From Kagunavirus LM08P1: DNA of 42,973 bases. Shown here one piece after another: positions 15,106 through 26,017 of this stretch (the stretch's first letter is position 1; every line of letters begins with the position of its first letter). Location of the stretch: sequence record OZ035812.1. One strand, given 5' to 3'. The position numbers and the translations under genes are program-made. The notes beneath the pieces were generated by a model, which did no database searches, was not told the DNA's origin, and saw only the letters and a list, made by a program, of their open reading frames with translations.

Positions 15106-17407
15106 TACGGCTTCCCTAATTGCCAGAGTAAAAACAGAAGGCGCTGATGTAGCCGCTAAACAGCTTGACGCTATGGCGGCATCCGCAGACCGTGCGGACA
15201 CATCCGTAAACAAACTAACGCCGGATGTTAATAAAGTAAACTCCGCTACGTCTAAAGCGGCTTCTGACGGTTTCGCTAAATTCCGTAACGCCGCCGGGCA
15301 GGTAGGCTTCCAGGTGCAGGACATGGTCGTCCAGTTGCAGTCCGGCACGTCTGCATTCGTAGCAATCGGGCAACAAGGCTCTCAGCTTGCGGGTGCTTTC
15401 GGCCCTGGTGGCGCGGTGCTTGGGGCTGTAATTGCTCTCGCATCAGCAATTGGCGGTGTCCTGTATAAATCACTAACGGAGGCCGAAGGTAGCTCAAAAG
15501 ACCTCGAGGCCGCGCAAAAGCAGTTAAAAGACACCTTCCAACAAACGGCATCCGGCTCTCTCGAACTGACAGACGGCCTTATCCAGCTTACCCAAATAAG
15601 CCGAGAAGCGGCGGAGACTCAACTTGCTTTGGCTAAGGCTAACGCAGACCTTATCGCGCAGCAAACAGCTAAAGCCGTTCGTGAGGACGCAGAGTCGTGG
15701 GAGACGTGGAAAGCCTCCACGGCATCAGCTATCAGCCAGTACGATGCATTGGTCTCTAAAGGTGCGGATGTAGGCGACACGTTAGAAAAACTCGGTGGCA
15801 CTTACGAGGGTAACATCGTAGGCGTCAACATGCTGGCGCAGAATATCGCAGAGCTTAGCAGTAAGTTTGGGGTTAACCGTGACCAGGCGCTGGAGATGAT
15901 AGCGGCGCAGAGTGCGTTTAACAAAGAGCCAACCGCCGAGAATGCCCGTCGCATCGCCGATGTGTTTACCGACTGGCTCGGTAATACAAAACAGTTGAAC
16001 CCGGAACTTATCCGCCTGACCGACAATGCCAACAAGAACGCCACGGCACTGGAGAACGCGGAGAAGTCCGCAAACGCGGCGGCGGAGGCCCAAAAGAATC
16101 TTGGTCGTAACGTCAACTCAACAACGCAGAGATTCCAGGAACAGAACGAAGCTATCGTCAAAAACCAGCAAATCGCTATCTTAAGTGACCGCGAGCGTAT
16201 CCGTGCGCAAGCTGAACTGGATAAGCAGGCGTTCGCTAAACGTGAAGCTGTCACCAAAGAACAGATCGCCGCGTATAATGCTGCGCGTGACACGGAAGCA
16301 CAACAAGACATCGCTCGCATCGACGCTACCGAAAAAGCGAAGGCCGACCGCGAGGCCAAATCGAACGAGAAACGGCTGGCGGCACAAGCCAAACGCGAAG
16401 AAACGGCGGCTGAACGACAGAAAAAAGCGGCGGAAGATTTCCTGGCTACTGTCGACCGCACAACCGGAGATGAGATTTCGCGCATTACCGCTGCGGAAGA
16501 GCAGAAACTGGCAAAACTGGAAGAGTTTAACAGAGCTGGGACTATAAGCCAGCAGCAATACGAAAACGCCAGGACGCAGATTATGCTCTCGGCCGAACAG
16601 GCCCGCCAGGAAGAACTCGCCAAGCGAGAGAAAGAACGACAGGAGAAGAACCAGAAAGGCGAAGACTTCATGGCTCAGATTATGGGCCAAAACGCCGCTG
16701 AGCTTGAGCTTCTGGAGATTCAGGAGCAACAAAAACTGGACGTTGCTGACAGGTATCGCGAACAGAATCTGATTAACGAAGAACAGTACCAGGCCGCGGT
16801 TAATGCTATAAATGACCAGTACGCGTTAAAACGTGCTAACGCAACGGGTAACGCTTTTGGCATGATGGCGGATAATATTAAATCGTCGCTTGGCGAAGCG
16901 TCTACTGCGTACAAAGCTTTCGCTATTGCGCAGGCCACTATTGCCACATACACCTCCGCTATAGAGGCTTATAAATCTGCATCGGCTATCCCTATTGTTG
17001 GATGGGTGCTCGGGCCTGTAGCCGCCGCCGCCGCCGTAGCCGCGGGGCTCGCAAACATTGGCAAAATTCGTTCGGCCCGTGAGCAGGGCGGTAACTTAGC
17101 TGCAGGTCAGTTATCTACTATCGCGGAACGTAACAAGCCAGAAGTTATTATGCCTGCAGGGGCGTCACGCGTCCGTACCGCAGAACAGATGCGCCAGATT
17201 ATGGGCGAGAACGGCAACAAGTCAGGCGGTGACAGCGTTACAATCGTCAACAACACCACCGGACGTGTTGATTCCGCCGTTACAGAGCGTGACGACGAAG
17301 GGCGGTTACGTGTTATCATCAGCGAAACAGTATCGGCGGCGTTACAAGACAGCAACAGTGCAATCTCTAAGTCACGCCGTGCTACACGAAACCAGCCGGG
17401 GTATTAA
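15098..17407 (+). CDS. tail tape measure protein
   Basis: ORF frame opens 15083 (TTG); ATG 15098 after GAGGG; about 769 aa, Ala/Gln/Glu-rich with long predicted helical regions; follows chaperone pair. Confidence 0.8.
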   Translation: MADTASLIARVKTEGADVAAKQLDAMAASADRADTSVNKLTPDVNKVNSATSKAASDGFAKFRNAAGQVGFQVQDMVVQLQSGTSAFVAIGQQGSQLAGAFGPGGAVLGAVIALASAIGGVLYKSLTEAEGSSKDLEAAQKQLKDTFQQTASGSLELTDGLIQLTQISREAAETQLALAKANADLIAQQTAKAVREDAESWETWKASTASAISQYDALVSKGADVGDTLEKLGGTYEGNIVGVNMLAQNIAELSSKFGVNRDQALEMIAAQSAFNKEPTAENARRIADVFTDWLGNTKQLNPELIRLTDNANKNATALENAEKSANAAAEAQKNLGRNVNSTTQRFQEQNEAIVKNQQIAILSDRERIRAQAELDKQAFAKREAVTKEQIAAYNAARDTEAQQDIARIDATEKAKADREAKSNEKRLAAQAKREETAAERQKKAAEDFLATVDRTTGDEISRITAAEEQKLAKLEEFNRAGTISQQQYENARTQIMLSAEQARQEELAKREKERQEKNQKGEDFMAQIMGQNAAELELLEIQEQQKLDVADRYREQNLINEEQYQAAVNAINDQYALKRANATGNAFGMMADNIKSSLGEASTAYKAFAIAQATIATYTSAIEAYKSASAIPIVGWVLGPVAAAAAVAAGLANIGKIRSAREQGGNLAAGQLSTIAERNKPEVIMPAGASRVRTAEQMRQIMGENGNKSGGDSVTIVNNTTGRVDSAVTERDDEGRLRVIISETVSAALQDSNSAISKSRRATRNQPGY

Positions 17408-17410
17408 CCA

Positions 17411-18802
17411 ATGAGTGATTTGAGATTCCCTATGTCCCTTCGACCTATAGTGTCGAAGGGGTACTCCCAGACCAGGGGGAGTAATATCTGGCGCACCGAG
17501 GTTCAGGGTGGCTTACCCCGCCAGGGGCGAGACACGTACTTCGAACCGGTGCCGATTAGCGTGACGCTCGTCGTATCGTCTCTCGGTCGTCAGGCGTTTT
17601 ATAGCTTCCTGAACAACATCGACGGCGGGGCGTCCTCGTTTATCATGCCCCATGATACGGGTATGGGCATCGAGGACCACCAGGTGCTCATCACCTCTAC
17701 GATTAGTGACAGCACCGACGACGGTAAGAACTGGGTAATCTCGTTCACAGCAACAGCAGAACGCACAGCAATTCAGGAAGACACTTGCCTTACTAAGAAT
17801 CTGCCAGATTTGTATGGTTGTTTTGGGGATTGTCTGGGTAGTTTCCTGAAAATATACGCGAACTATCAGACGACGTTCCCGCGCATCTGGAGCAATGAAG
17901 GACCTGCAGGTTACCCACCGATTAACCTTCTGGCGTCGACTCTTGATAGCCGCATTGTTTACGATGGTCCGCAGGTTTATTACATCAACCGAAACGGCAA
18001 TCTTGTGCAGTCCGCCACCAATGAATGGCCTCTTACGTTTATCGATGGGGTTGCTGTTGGGCGTGTGCCGCCGGAGTTGATGGGGGTGAATAGGGTTCTC
18101 TATTCGAGCGATATCATATCTTCTCCTTGGGTAAAAGTACGGACCGACGTAACGCTTGCTCCGGGTTATCTGACGTCTGACAATACCTTCAAATTAACAC
18201 CAACCATCGTAAATGGGGCACATTACATACAACAAAGTATAGAGGGAGAGTTTGGTGAAGATGAATTTTACACGTTCAGTTGTTTTGCCAAATCTGACGG
18301 TTACAAATACGCAAGACTACGTGCGGCTGATGGCGCCGGTTTCATATCTGACGTCGTAGTTAATTTGGAAACTGGAGACATCTATTCCGGGCAACAGAAT
18401 AGCCTAGTAACATATATCGGTGGTGGGTGGTTCAGATTTACGGAACTGATTGTCGTGCGTGGAAACGGGGCAAATAAGCTAGATATCACCATTGGGGTTA
18501 ATGATAATTCAACCCAACTAACGTATCCCGGCGACGGTTCAAGTGGGATACTCGTATCATCACCTCAAATAGAAAAATCAGAATTTGCCACTTCGCCAAT
18601 AGTAACCGATGCGTCACCGGTAACCCGACACTCGGCATCGGCAAAAGTAACCATGAACGGCGCGACAAGCATCGACATTACCTATTCCGACGGCACTGTG
18701 GTAAACGTTCCATCTGTAGATGATTACGCGACTATCCCCCAAGCGGATTCTGCGTGGGGTAGTAAATATATCACCCGTATTGATTTTAATGTGGACGGTT
18801 AA
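17411..18802 (+). CDS. minor tail / distal tail protein (putative)
   Basis: 463 aa directly after tape measure; positional inference. Confidence 0.5.
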   Translation: MSDLRFPMSLRPIVSKGYSQTRGSNIWRTEVQGGLPRQGRDTYFEPVPISVTLVVSSLGRQAFYSFLNNIDGGASSFIMPHDTGMGIEDHQVLITSTISDSTDDGKNWVISFTATAERTAIQEDTCLTKNLPDLYGCFGDCLGSFLKIYANYQTTFPRIWSNEGPAGYPPINLLASTLDSRIVYDGPQVYYINRNGNLVQSATNEWPLTFIDGVAVGRVPPELMGVNRVLYSSDIISSPWVKVRTDVTLAPGYLTSDNTFKLTPTIVNGAHYIQQSIEGEFGEDEFYTFSCFAKSDGYKYARLRAADGAGFISDVVVNLETGDIYSGQQNSLVTYIGGGWFRFTELIVVRGNGANKLDITIGVNDNSTQLTYPGDGSSGILVSSPQIEKSEFATSPIVTDASPVTRHSASAKVTMNGATSIDITYSDGTVVNVPSVDDYATIPQADSAWGSKYITRIDFNVDG

Positions 18803-18805
18803 CTT

Positions 18806-19321
18806 ATGAGCCAGGAATCAGTAGAAGCAGCCTATCGCCGTAAACTGGCCTCCAACCCGGACGGCGAAATTGACTACACGACGCTGGAGATAGTGCATCC
18901 GCTTCTTTCGAAGCGGTATTTACTTGTGCGCGGAACTTCTGACCTGACGGCAACGTTAGAGACCGGAGAAGTAGTTACGTTTGAGGCCACACCAATGGAG
19001 GCTAAAGGGGCCGCCAACAATAATGATATGGACCAGCGGGCATCATTCGCACTACCCGACATCGGCAACCAGTTAGACGATGAGATGGATAGGATACCCC
19101 CCGATAATACCGTGTTGCCTAAGTTTATATTCCGCCGTTTTGTTAGTACCGATTTGTCTTATCCGGCGGATGGGCCAGTTGTATACGAGTTGCAGTCGAT
19201 AAACCAGGAAAAGGGGGTATTCACAGCTGACGTCGGCGTCCCTATGTTGAACCAAAGAGCCACCGGTGAACTAATGACCCCTTCGGTAATCCCATTGTTG
19301 CGTGGTGTTTTGTCTACATGA
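18806..19321 (+). CDS. minor tail protein (putative)
   Basis: 171 aa; tail-tip module position. Confidence 0.45.
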   Translation: MSQESVEAAYRRKLASNPDGEIDYTTLEIVHPLLSKRYLLVRGTSDLTATLETGEVVTFEATPMEAKGAANNNDMDQRASFALPDIGNQLDDEMDRIPPDNTVLPKFIFRRFVSTDLSYPADGPVVYELQSINQEKGVFTADVGVPMLNQRATGELMTPSVIPLLRGVLST

Positions 19322-19683
19322 ATATTAATTCTTATACTGGGTTGCCGTACGATTTTCGCCGTCGTAATTGCTGGCACCACGTGCGTAACGTTCGTACCGA
19401 CGCTGGTCTTTTTACGCCAGAGTTTAACGTCGCTTCACCAACACAGATTAACGACGCCTTCGAAGAAGGCCATAAAGACACTAAAGGCCTCGTACGCGTA
19501 GAAACTCCGCAAAACTTCGATGCCGTGTTGATGGCGACACGGCACAGAAACCGTGTAATCTGGCACGCTGGAGTATACTATGACGGTATGGTAAGCCATT
19601 GCGAGCTGGCGAGTCGCCAGGTACGGTTAGACCGACTGGAAGACTTGCGCGAAACTTATGCGGAGATAGAATTTTGGCGCTGA
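19318..19683 (+). CDS. tail assembly protein with NlpC/P60-like cysteine peptidase motif (lambda K-like, putative)
   Basis: 121 aa; candidate Cys-His pair (NCWHHV ... VIWHAGVYY) and position before J-like protein; from memory. Confidence 0.45.
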   Translation: MNINSYTGLPYDFRRRNCWHHVRNVRTDAGLFTPEFNVASPTQINDAFEEGHKDTKGLVRVETPQNFDAVLMATRHRNRVIWHAGVYYDGMVSHCELASRQVRLDRLEDLRETYAEIEFWR

Positions 19684-22226
19684 TATTACATTACACCCGT
19701 AACGAAGACGGTACTTTTGACCGCAAACGGTATAACGTACCTCCGATGGAATACGTCGTTGCTAACATCCCAGACGGGGTACCTGTGCGTATTTACCGCG
19801 GCGAGATTGGTGATGATACAGACGTAACGGAAAACTTCGAAGCGCTGAAAGAAGATGACGTTTTCCATATCATAGAGGGTGCTGGCGGCGGTGGTGGTTT
19901 TCTTGGTAAACTCCTGGACCCTTTGGGTGTGCTTAAATTTGTTACCAAGTTGATTTCTCCGTCGCAGAAAACGCCTAAAACGAGTTTAGCGAACCAGCAG
20001 GCGGAGTCTCCCAACAACAGCCTGACGGACCGAAACAATAAACCGCGTCCGTATGAACGGTCGTATGATATTTGCGGCAGGGTCCAGACTATCCCTAATG
20101 ACCTCATGACTACGTATAAGGTCTTCAATGACGCAGGTGTGGTAGTTGAATACGGTTACTATGACGCCGGTCGCGGGTATCTTGATATTAAGGCGGAGGA
20201 CATCACAGACGGCGATACTAAAGTGCAGGAGATTACAGGAACTTCTGTAGCGGTATACGCCCCATTCACATCCCCTAACAATACAAATACGCCTCAGCTT
20301 CTGGTGGGGGACCCTATCAATCAGAATCTGTACATAACTATCGCCTCAAACGAGGTAGACGGCGCTGTTCTGAAAGCGCAGAACGGCATCAGGGTTAATC
20401 CCAGTGATACCGGTGAGATTTCATTGCAGGGGGCAACGGGTGTCGTCCGCGATAACACTGGCGACTCTGCTTTCTCTGAGATTTTATCAGTTGGGGACAT
20501 AGCTGTTTTTAACCTTATTCTGGTAAAAGACGTAGCTAACGTCAGTGGTAGCTATACCGTTACATACGTAGATGACTTTGAGGTAAGAGTAGCCGCCGGA
20601 GGGATGTTGTCAGAATGGCAAAAATTGCCATCGGGATTCACTCCTTTAACGCAAGGTACCGAAGCATGGATTTCACCGTCGAACACTTACGATAAGTCGT
20701 TAACGGACTGGACTACTTTAAACCGCCTGGAAGTTGAACGCGTAGTAGCCAACATCGCGGCCGCGAACGGTATGTATAAAGACAACGGCAGTAAATTGCG
20801 TACATCTGTAACTGTGGAGCTTCAGTATCAACTCCTTGATGAAACTGGCGTGCCGTACGGTGATGTTTACTCAAAACAGTCCGTTATATCAGGTCGTTCT
20901 GCAGATTACACAGGTGTTACTATTTACGCCGACTTGCCCATGCGGTCGAAAGTTAGGGTACGGGCCCGCCGCGTCACTGACCTGGACCTCAGTTTTGAGG
21001 GAACCGTGGTAGATGAGGTTTCCTACATCAATCTTTATGGGCAGGTACGCGACACTACGCCGCATTACGGCAACCGTACTACCGTGCACTCCGCACGTAA
21101 GCAGACGCCGCGGGCCGCGGAGATTAAGCAGCCGCAACTACGTATGGTTGCCACAGAGATGGTGTACAAATACCTCGGCAACGGCGTATTCGACACGGTT
21201 ATGACACCGAATACTCAGGCGATTCAGTCCTTAATCCGTCTTGCCCGCGACCCGGTAGTAGGTAATCTCAACCTAACCACATCCAATATGGACAAGTTGT
21301 TAGCGACTCAGAACGAGATAGAAAACTATTTCGGTAACGCAGAGGCTGGTCAATTCTGCTACACTTTTGACGATTATAAAATGACTATGCAGGACATAAT
21401 CAGCACAATAGCCGACGCTATTTTCTGCACACCATATCGTAAAGGGCAGGACATATTACTGGATTTCGAGCGCCCGCGTATTGGCCCGGAGATGGTGTTC
21501 ACCCACCGCAGTAAGACAACGGCTTCGGAAAAGTGGACGCGCACATTCAACGACGCTCAGGTATACGATAGTCTTAAGTTCTCCTATATTGACCCCGACA
21601 CCAACGTAAAAGAGACTATTAGCATCCCGGCAGAAGGAGGTGTTAATACTGAAACGTATGACTCCAAAGGTATACGTAATTATCGTCAGGCGTACTGGGC
21701 GGCGTACCGTCGGTACCAGAAGAACCTGTTGAAGAAAGTCACGGTGTCCTTTACGGCGACAGAAGAAGGAGTTTTTGTGCTGCCGGGTCGCGCAATAAGC
21801 GTCGTTAAAGGTTCACGCGTAGCGCCTCAAGACGGCTATGTTGTTGCCGTTAATGGTCTTACTCTGACTTTATCACAGCCTGTCACATTTACTCCGGGTG
21901 ACGACCACTCTTTAATCCTTAAGAAGCGCGACGGTGGTGTCCAGAGCGTCGCTGTAGTTCCTGGAAGCCACGACCGTGAAGTGGTTATGCTCTCTGCGCC
22001 TCAGGAGGCGATATACACAGGGAATAGCGCACTAAAAACTGAGTTTTCATTCGGCAACGAAGCAAGGCATAATGCTCAGATGATTCTTGTTTCTACAGTT
22101 GACCCCGGAGATGACAGAACAGTTAAGATTACCGGGATTAACTATGAAGCAGATTTCTATAAATACGACGGCGTCGCGCCTTTCGGCAGCGGTTTCTCCG
22201 GCGGATTCAGCAACGGTTTTAGTTAA
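19674..22226 (+). CDS. central tail fibre / host-specificity protein (J-like)
   Basis: Long ORF frame 19599..22226; proposed TTG start at 19674 with GGAG 8 nt upstream (alternative ATG at 19746 lacks RBS); Gly-rich C-terminal tail FGSGFSGGFSNGFS. Confidence 0.55.
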   Translation: MALILHYTRNEDGTFDRKRYNVPPMEYVVANIPDGVPVRIYRGEIGDDTDVTENFEALKEDDVFHIIEGAGGGGGFLGKLLDPLGVLKFVTKLISPSQKTPKTSLANQQAESPNNSLTDRNNKPRPYERSYDICGRVQTIPNDLMTTYKVFNDAGVVVEYGYYDAGRGYLDIKAEDITDGDTKVQEITGTSVAVYAPFTSPNNTNTPQLLVGDPINQNLYITIASNEVDGAVLKAQNGIRVNPSDTGEISLQGATGVVRDNTGDSAFSEILSVGDIAVFNLILVKDVANVSGSYTVTYVDDFEVRVAAGGMLSEWQKLPSGFTPLTQGTEAWISPSNTYDKSLTDWTTLNRLEVERVVANIAAANGMYKDNGSKLRTSVTVELQYQLLDETGVPYGDVYSKQSVISGRSADYTGVTIYADLPMRSKVRVRARRVTDLDLSFEGTVVDEVSYINLYGQVRDTTPHYGNRTTVHSARKQTPRAAEIKQPQLRMVATEMVYKYLGNGVFDTVMTPNTQAIQSLIRLARDPVVGNLNLTTSNMDKLLATQNEIENYFGNAEAGQFCYTFDDYKMTMQDIISTIADAIFCTPYRKGQDILLDFERPRIGPEMVFTHRSKTTASEKWTRTFNDAQVYDSLKFSYIDPDTNVKETISIPAEGGVNTETYDSKGIRNYRQAYWAAYRRYQKNLLKKVTVSFTATEEGVFVLPGRAISVVKGSRVAPQDGYVVAVNGLTLTLSQPVTFTPGDDHSLILKKRDGGVQSVAVVPGSHDREVVMLSAPQEAIYTGNSALKTEFSFGNEARHNAQMILVSTVDPGDDRTVKITGINYEADFYKYDGVAPFGSGFSGGFSNGFS

Positions 22227-22238
22227 AGAGGACTCTAT

Positions 22239-24203
22239 ATGTCAAGCGGATGCGGTGACGTTTTAAGCCTGGCGGATTTACAAACCGCCAAGAAACACCA
22301 GATTTTTGAGGCTGAAGTAATTACCGGCAAATCCGGCGGAGTTGCTGGCGGCACTAATATCGACTACGCAACTAACCCGGTTACGCTGCAAACGCAGAAG
22401 ACAATGCCTGCTATTCTGCGCGACATCGGCTTTCAGCCAGCATCATTCGACTTCACTTCTGGGGGGACACTCACCACAGACGACCGAAACAAGGCTGTGT
22501 TGTGGCCTTTGGCCGATGGTGGTGATGGGGATTGGTATTACTGGGAGGGCGCGCTGCCGAAGGTTATCCCAGCGGCATCAACTCCGGCGTCTACTGGTGG
22601 TGTTGCCGAAGGTGCCTGGAGGCCTGTGGGGGATATTACGTTACGCAGAGAACTAGCTAGTACTAACGGAGCCCAGGCTATTGGTACCTTATCGGGCGGT
22701 AGCGTACAAGATGAATTAACTAAGCTACCCTTAACGTATATCGCCCAGCAAAAATCACCTATTACCATCACAGTAGGGCCTTCTGGTGATTTTTCAACTA
22801 TCAATGACGCGATAACTAGCGTGGCGAAGTATCAGTATGTCCTCGCTTCGGGTAATACTGGTATCCGTATCACCCTGTTAAGCGGTTTTTTGATGGAAGA
22901 ACAGGTCATTGTCGACTTTTTAAATCTTTCGTTTATAGAAATATACTCAACGTCGGTTGTGCATATATCTCGCGCGGCGCTTACAACCGCGGTTGAGGGG
23001 TACTACCCTGCCTTTTGCGCAAAAAATTCAGCGGTCCTACCAAAGATAAACGCCTCTTTTGATATGGGTTGGACCTCCGGGGCTCAAGACCAATCTGTGG
23101 CATTTCTGGCCTACGGAGCTGGGTCCGCAATATCTATTGCAAGCGGTAAAGGATGTATTAGGAGTTACGGGTTCGGCATTCTAGCGTCTAATGGCGCTAT
23201 GTTCAGCGCCGACGGTACTGTGTGGGACGATTGCGCCGGTGATGGGGTTTCTGTGTACGCAGGAGGCTCAGGCTCCGCTAAAAACGCAACGGCAAACCGT
23301 TGCTACAATGGGTTCGTTGCGAATGGTGGCGTACTTGATGCCACAAGCTCTGTTGCGAAAGGAACCAGAAGTGCTGGCTTTGCGGCCAGAAAATCTGGGG
23401 TGCTGAACGCTGAATTTGCGGATGCGCAAAACGGGGTAACGTACGGCTTCTATTCCGCGGTAAGTTCGATGCTAAACGCTACCCGTGGTAACTGTAGCGG
23501 TTGCCGGTTTGGCATATCTGCGCAGAGAAGCTCAAAAGTCGCAGCGGAAGAGGTTACAGCTGATAATTGCCTGGAAACGAATATATCAGCCCGCAGGTAC
23601 TCAGAGATTGAGGCACAAAGCTGTCATGCCGTAAACACCACTACGACTCCGCTCTACTGTATTCGCGCCAACTATTCAGGGTCGGTTGTTGTTGAGTCCG
23701 GAACTATAGGCGGGGCTTGCACACATAATATTTGCCGGGCGACCACCAACGCAGAGATACAAGCTACCGATACTAAGATGTCAGGGGCGATAGGTACATC
23801 GATTGCGGTCTTCGTTGACGAGTCGTCAAACTTTAACGGACGCAGGATGAACCTGAACCATTCAACCTCGGAGGGGACCGCAGTTCATGTTCTCCGGGGG
23901 AGCACTGCGGACATTAGCGATAGTACTATAGTTGCGGGTAATAACTATGGGGTGGTGTCCCAGTATTGCGCTAACGTAGCTGCGGATAACGCGAAAGTGA
24001 ACGGCTCTTCGGATTATAGTGTATACGCTACCGACGGCGGGAAAATATCAGTAACTAACAGTAATGTCAGGCGCGACAACTCGACAGACCAAAATACGGA
24101 CATTGTAATATCTCGTGGTGGTATTATTTCGGCATTTGGTGCATTAGGCGGCGTAAACACAACAGTTAACGCTGTATCTGAAAAAGGCATAATCTTCAAA
24201 TAA
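22239..24203 (+). CDS. tailspike / receptor-binding protein with probable beta-helix (possible depolymerase)
   Basis: 654 aa, last gene of tail module; G/S/N/A-rich repetitive segments typical of right-handed beta-helix proteins; function inferred. Confidence 0.5.
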   Translation: MSSGCGDVLSLADLQTAKKHQIFEAEVITGKSGGVAGGTNIDYATNPVTLQTQKTMPAILRDIGFQPASFDFTSGGTLTTDDRNKAVLWPLADGGDGDWYYWEGALPKVIPAASTPASTGGVAEGAWRPVGDITLRRELASTNGAQAIGTLSGGSVQDELTKLPLTYIAQQKSPITITVGPSGDFSTINDAITSVAKYQYVLASGNTGIRITLLSGFLMEEQVIVDFLNLSFIEIYSTSVVHISRAALTTAVEGYYPAFCAKNSAVLPKINASFDMGWTSGAQDQSVAFLAYGAGSAISIASGKGCIRSYGFGILASNGAMFSADGTVWDDCAGDGVSVYAGGSGSAKNATANRCYNGFVANGGVLDATSSVAKGTRSAGFAARKSGVLNAEFADAQNGVTYGFYSAVSSMLNATRGNCSGCRFGISAQRSSKVAAEEVTADNCLETNISARRYSEIEAQSCHAVNTTTTPLYCIRANYSGSVVVESGTIGGACTHNICRATTNAEIQATDTKMSGAIGTSIAVFVDESSNFNGRRMNLNHSTSEGTAVHVLRGSTADISDSTIVAGNNYGVVSQYCANVAADNAKVNGSSDYSVYATDGGKISVTNSNVRRDNSTDQNTDIVISRGGIISAFGALGGVNTTVNAVSEKGIIFK

Positions 24204-24205
24204 AA

Positions 24206-24232
24206 CTAAGGCCCCATTTGGGGCCTTTTCTC
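24206..24232. terminator. bidirectional intrinsic terminator
   Basis: AAGGCCCC-ATTT-GGGGCCTT hairpin with T-run; lies between convergent tail (+) and replication (-) blocks. Confidence 0.65.
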
Positions 24233-24369
24233 TACTCTTCTGATAACTTCTCAAGTACAAACGCCAGTTGTGCGTTAGCGGCATCTCTTTGCTGCCGTAG
24301 GCGTAGAACCTCCTCCTCAAGTTCCTTGATACGTTTTTGCAATGCCGGAATCGGGGCTATGATGTTCAT
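24232..24369 (-). CDS. small hypothetical protein (45 aa, predicted helical)
   Basis: Found manually; ATG 24369 overlaps helicase stop (ATGA) with AGGAG upstream; sequence MNIIAPIPALQKRIKELEEEVLRLRQQ... Confidence 0.3.
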   Translation of the reverse strand: MNIIAPIPALQKRIKELEEEVLRLRQQRDAANAQLAFVLEKLSEE

Positions 24370-25790
24370 TTCTTACTCCTTCTCTTCATATAATTAAGTA
24401 GTTCATCCTGTACAGACCTTTTCTCGTCTGTACGCGCGGCGACAACTTCATCAAGAGTATCTCTGGCTATTATTTGATAAATGAATACAGACCGTTTGTA
24501 CCCAGACTGCATCTGCCTTACTGGGCCTATACGCTCGATAACCTGCAAATAATGTTCCAGGTTCCATCCCTGACTCATAAATGCCATGTGATGCCCGCCG
24601 TGTTGTAGCGACAGCCCGTGACCCGCGGAGGCTGGGTGTATCAGGAGCATAGGTATCTCCCCTCGGTTCCACGCTTCCATCTGCTTATTACCCTTCGCAC
24701 CTTTGGCAAACGCCTGTGCCTGCGGGAATCGCTTAAGGATGCGCTCCAGTTCGTGCTTGAACTGATAGGCTACCAGCAACGGTGCGCCCTGTAATTCCTC
24801 AACAATCGACTCCAGCGCATCCAGTTTCGTGTCGTGCACTTTCTCCCAGTCTTTCGTTGCCTCACCGTCTGGCCCCGACACATATACGGCACCGGAGGCA
24901 ATCTGCAAACACTTTGACGTCTTTGCCGCCGCGTTAGCCGCTTCAACTTCTCCGCTCTCCAGTTCCGCGAATAACTTCTCCTCCATATCGATGTACGCCT
25001 GACGCGCCTTCTTCGGCAGGTCGATTTCAACCGGAACAATAATCGGCGCTTCACAACCAAACCACTCGGCGGGGTCGATAGTCAGGCTGATGTCTTTCAT
25101 CTTCTGATGAATCTCATTATCAGCGCCAGGGCGCGCATGATACTCCCGCGCCATCGCCGACTTACCTTTCTGTACCGAGTTAAACCAGCGGTCGGTGAAT
25201 GCGGTGTATGATGAGCCAAGGCGCTCGCCTGCGTCGATAAACCAGTTCTGGCCCCACAAGTCTTTGAGGCCGTTTGGCGACGGTGTACCAGTCAGGTTGA
25301 TAAAACGCTTAACCTTTCCGAACGCCACTTTACTTAGCGCCTTCGCCCTCTTGCTACCGCCAGACCGGCTACGGAATGATTTAAGCTTCGTGCTTTCATC
25401 GGCAACAATAACAGTAAAAGGCCAGTCGTCTTTGCCATAGTAGTCAATCAGCCACTCGATAACTTCGTAGTTTGTACACACCACGTTAGCGTCAGACTCC
25501 AGCGCCGCGATGCGGCGCTTCTCTGAACCTGTCGCATCGACGACGCGCAGACAAGGGAATTGCCATTTCTCTTGCTCTGCGGGCCACGTACCTGATGCAA
25601 CGCGCAACGGGGCGAGGATTAACACGCGGTCCCCTTCGGCAAGCTGCCCATTACGGAACAGGCGGTTTAAAACCCACATAGTAGAGGAGGTTTTACCCCC
25701 TCCCATGCCGCACCAGATATTACAGCGCGGATGCTGTAGCATGAACGAAGTCATGAGCTTCTGGTATTCGCGCCTTTGAAACTTACTCAT
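24366..25790 (-). CDS. ATP-dependent helicase (SF2, DEAD/SNF2-like)
   Basis: 474 aa; Walker A-like CGMGGGKTSS, DExx-like VIVADEST; C-terminal helicase-like region. Confidence 0.7.
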   Translation of the reverse strand: MSKFQRREYQKLMTSFMLQHPRCNIWCGMGGGKTSSTMWVLNRLFRNGQLAEGDRVLILAPLRVASGTWPAEQEKWQFPCLRVVDATGSEKRRIAALESDANVVCTNYEVIEWLIDYYGKDDWPFTVIVADESTKLKSFRSRSGGSKRAKALSKVAFGKVKRFINLTGTPSPNGLKDLWGQNWFIDAGERLGSSYTAFTDRWFNSVQKGKSAMAREYHARPGADNEIHQKMKDISLTIDPAEWFGCEAPIIVPVEIDLPKKARQAYIDMEEKLFAELESGEVEAANAAAKTSKCLQIASGAVYVSGPDGEATKDWEKVHDTKLDALESIVEELQGAPLLVAYQFKHELERILKRFPQAQAFAKGAKGNKQMEAWNRGEIPMLLIHPASAGHGLSLQHGGHHMAFMSQGWNLEHYLQVIERIGPVRQMQSGYKRSVFIYQIIARDTLDEVVAARTDEKRSVQDELLNYMKRRSKK

Positions 25791-25978
25791 TTCGCCACCA
25801 GAACTAACTCTTTACGCCCGAACGCCGTAACGTTACCAGTTACATCTTCGATAACCAGTTTACCGTTCGACTCTACGTACACCGTATCAACGGCAACAGG
25901 GCGACGGGTCTTAACATTGAAAATCATGTCGCCCGGTACGATGTCACGTGCTGGTTTGCGGTCGTATTCGTGTTTCAT
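25787..25978 (-). CDS. hypothetical protein
   Basis: 63 aa; RBS AAGGAA; stop overlaps helicase start (ATGA). Confidence 0.45.
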   Translation of the reverse strand: MKHEYDRKPARDIVPGDMIFNVKTRRPVAVDTVYVESNGKLVIEDVTGNVTAFGRKELVLVAK

Positions 25979-26017
25979 TTCTCAATTCCTTATAGTTAAG
26001 GCCCCGAAGGGCCTGTA

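Noticed and set aside
19599-19746. Track start of the J-like ORF at 19599 or first ATG at 19746
   Set aside because: 19599 lies deep inside the preceding gene and 19746 lacks an RBS; a TTG at 19674 with GGAG upstream fits phage gene packing better. The true start remains uncertain.
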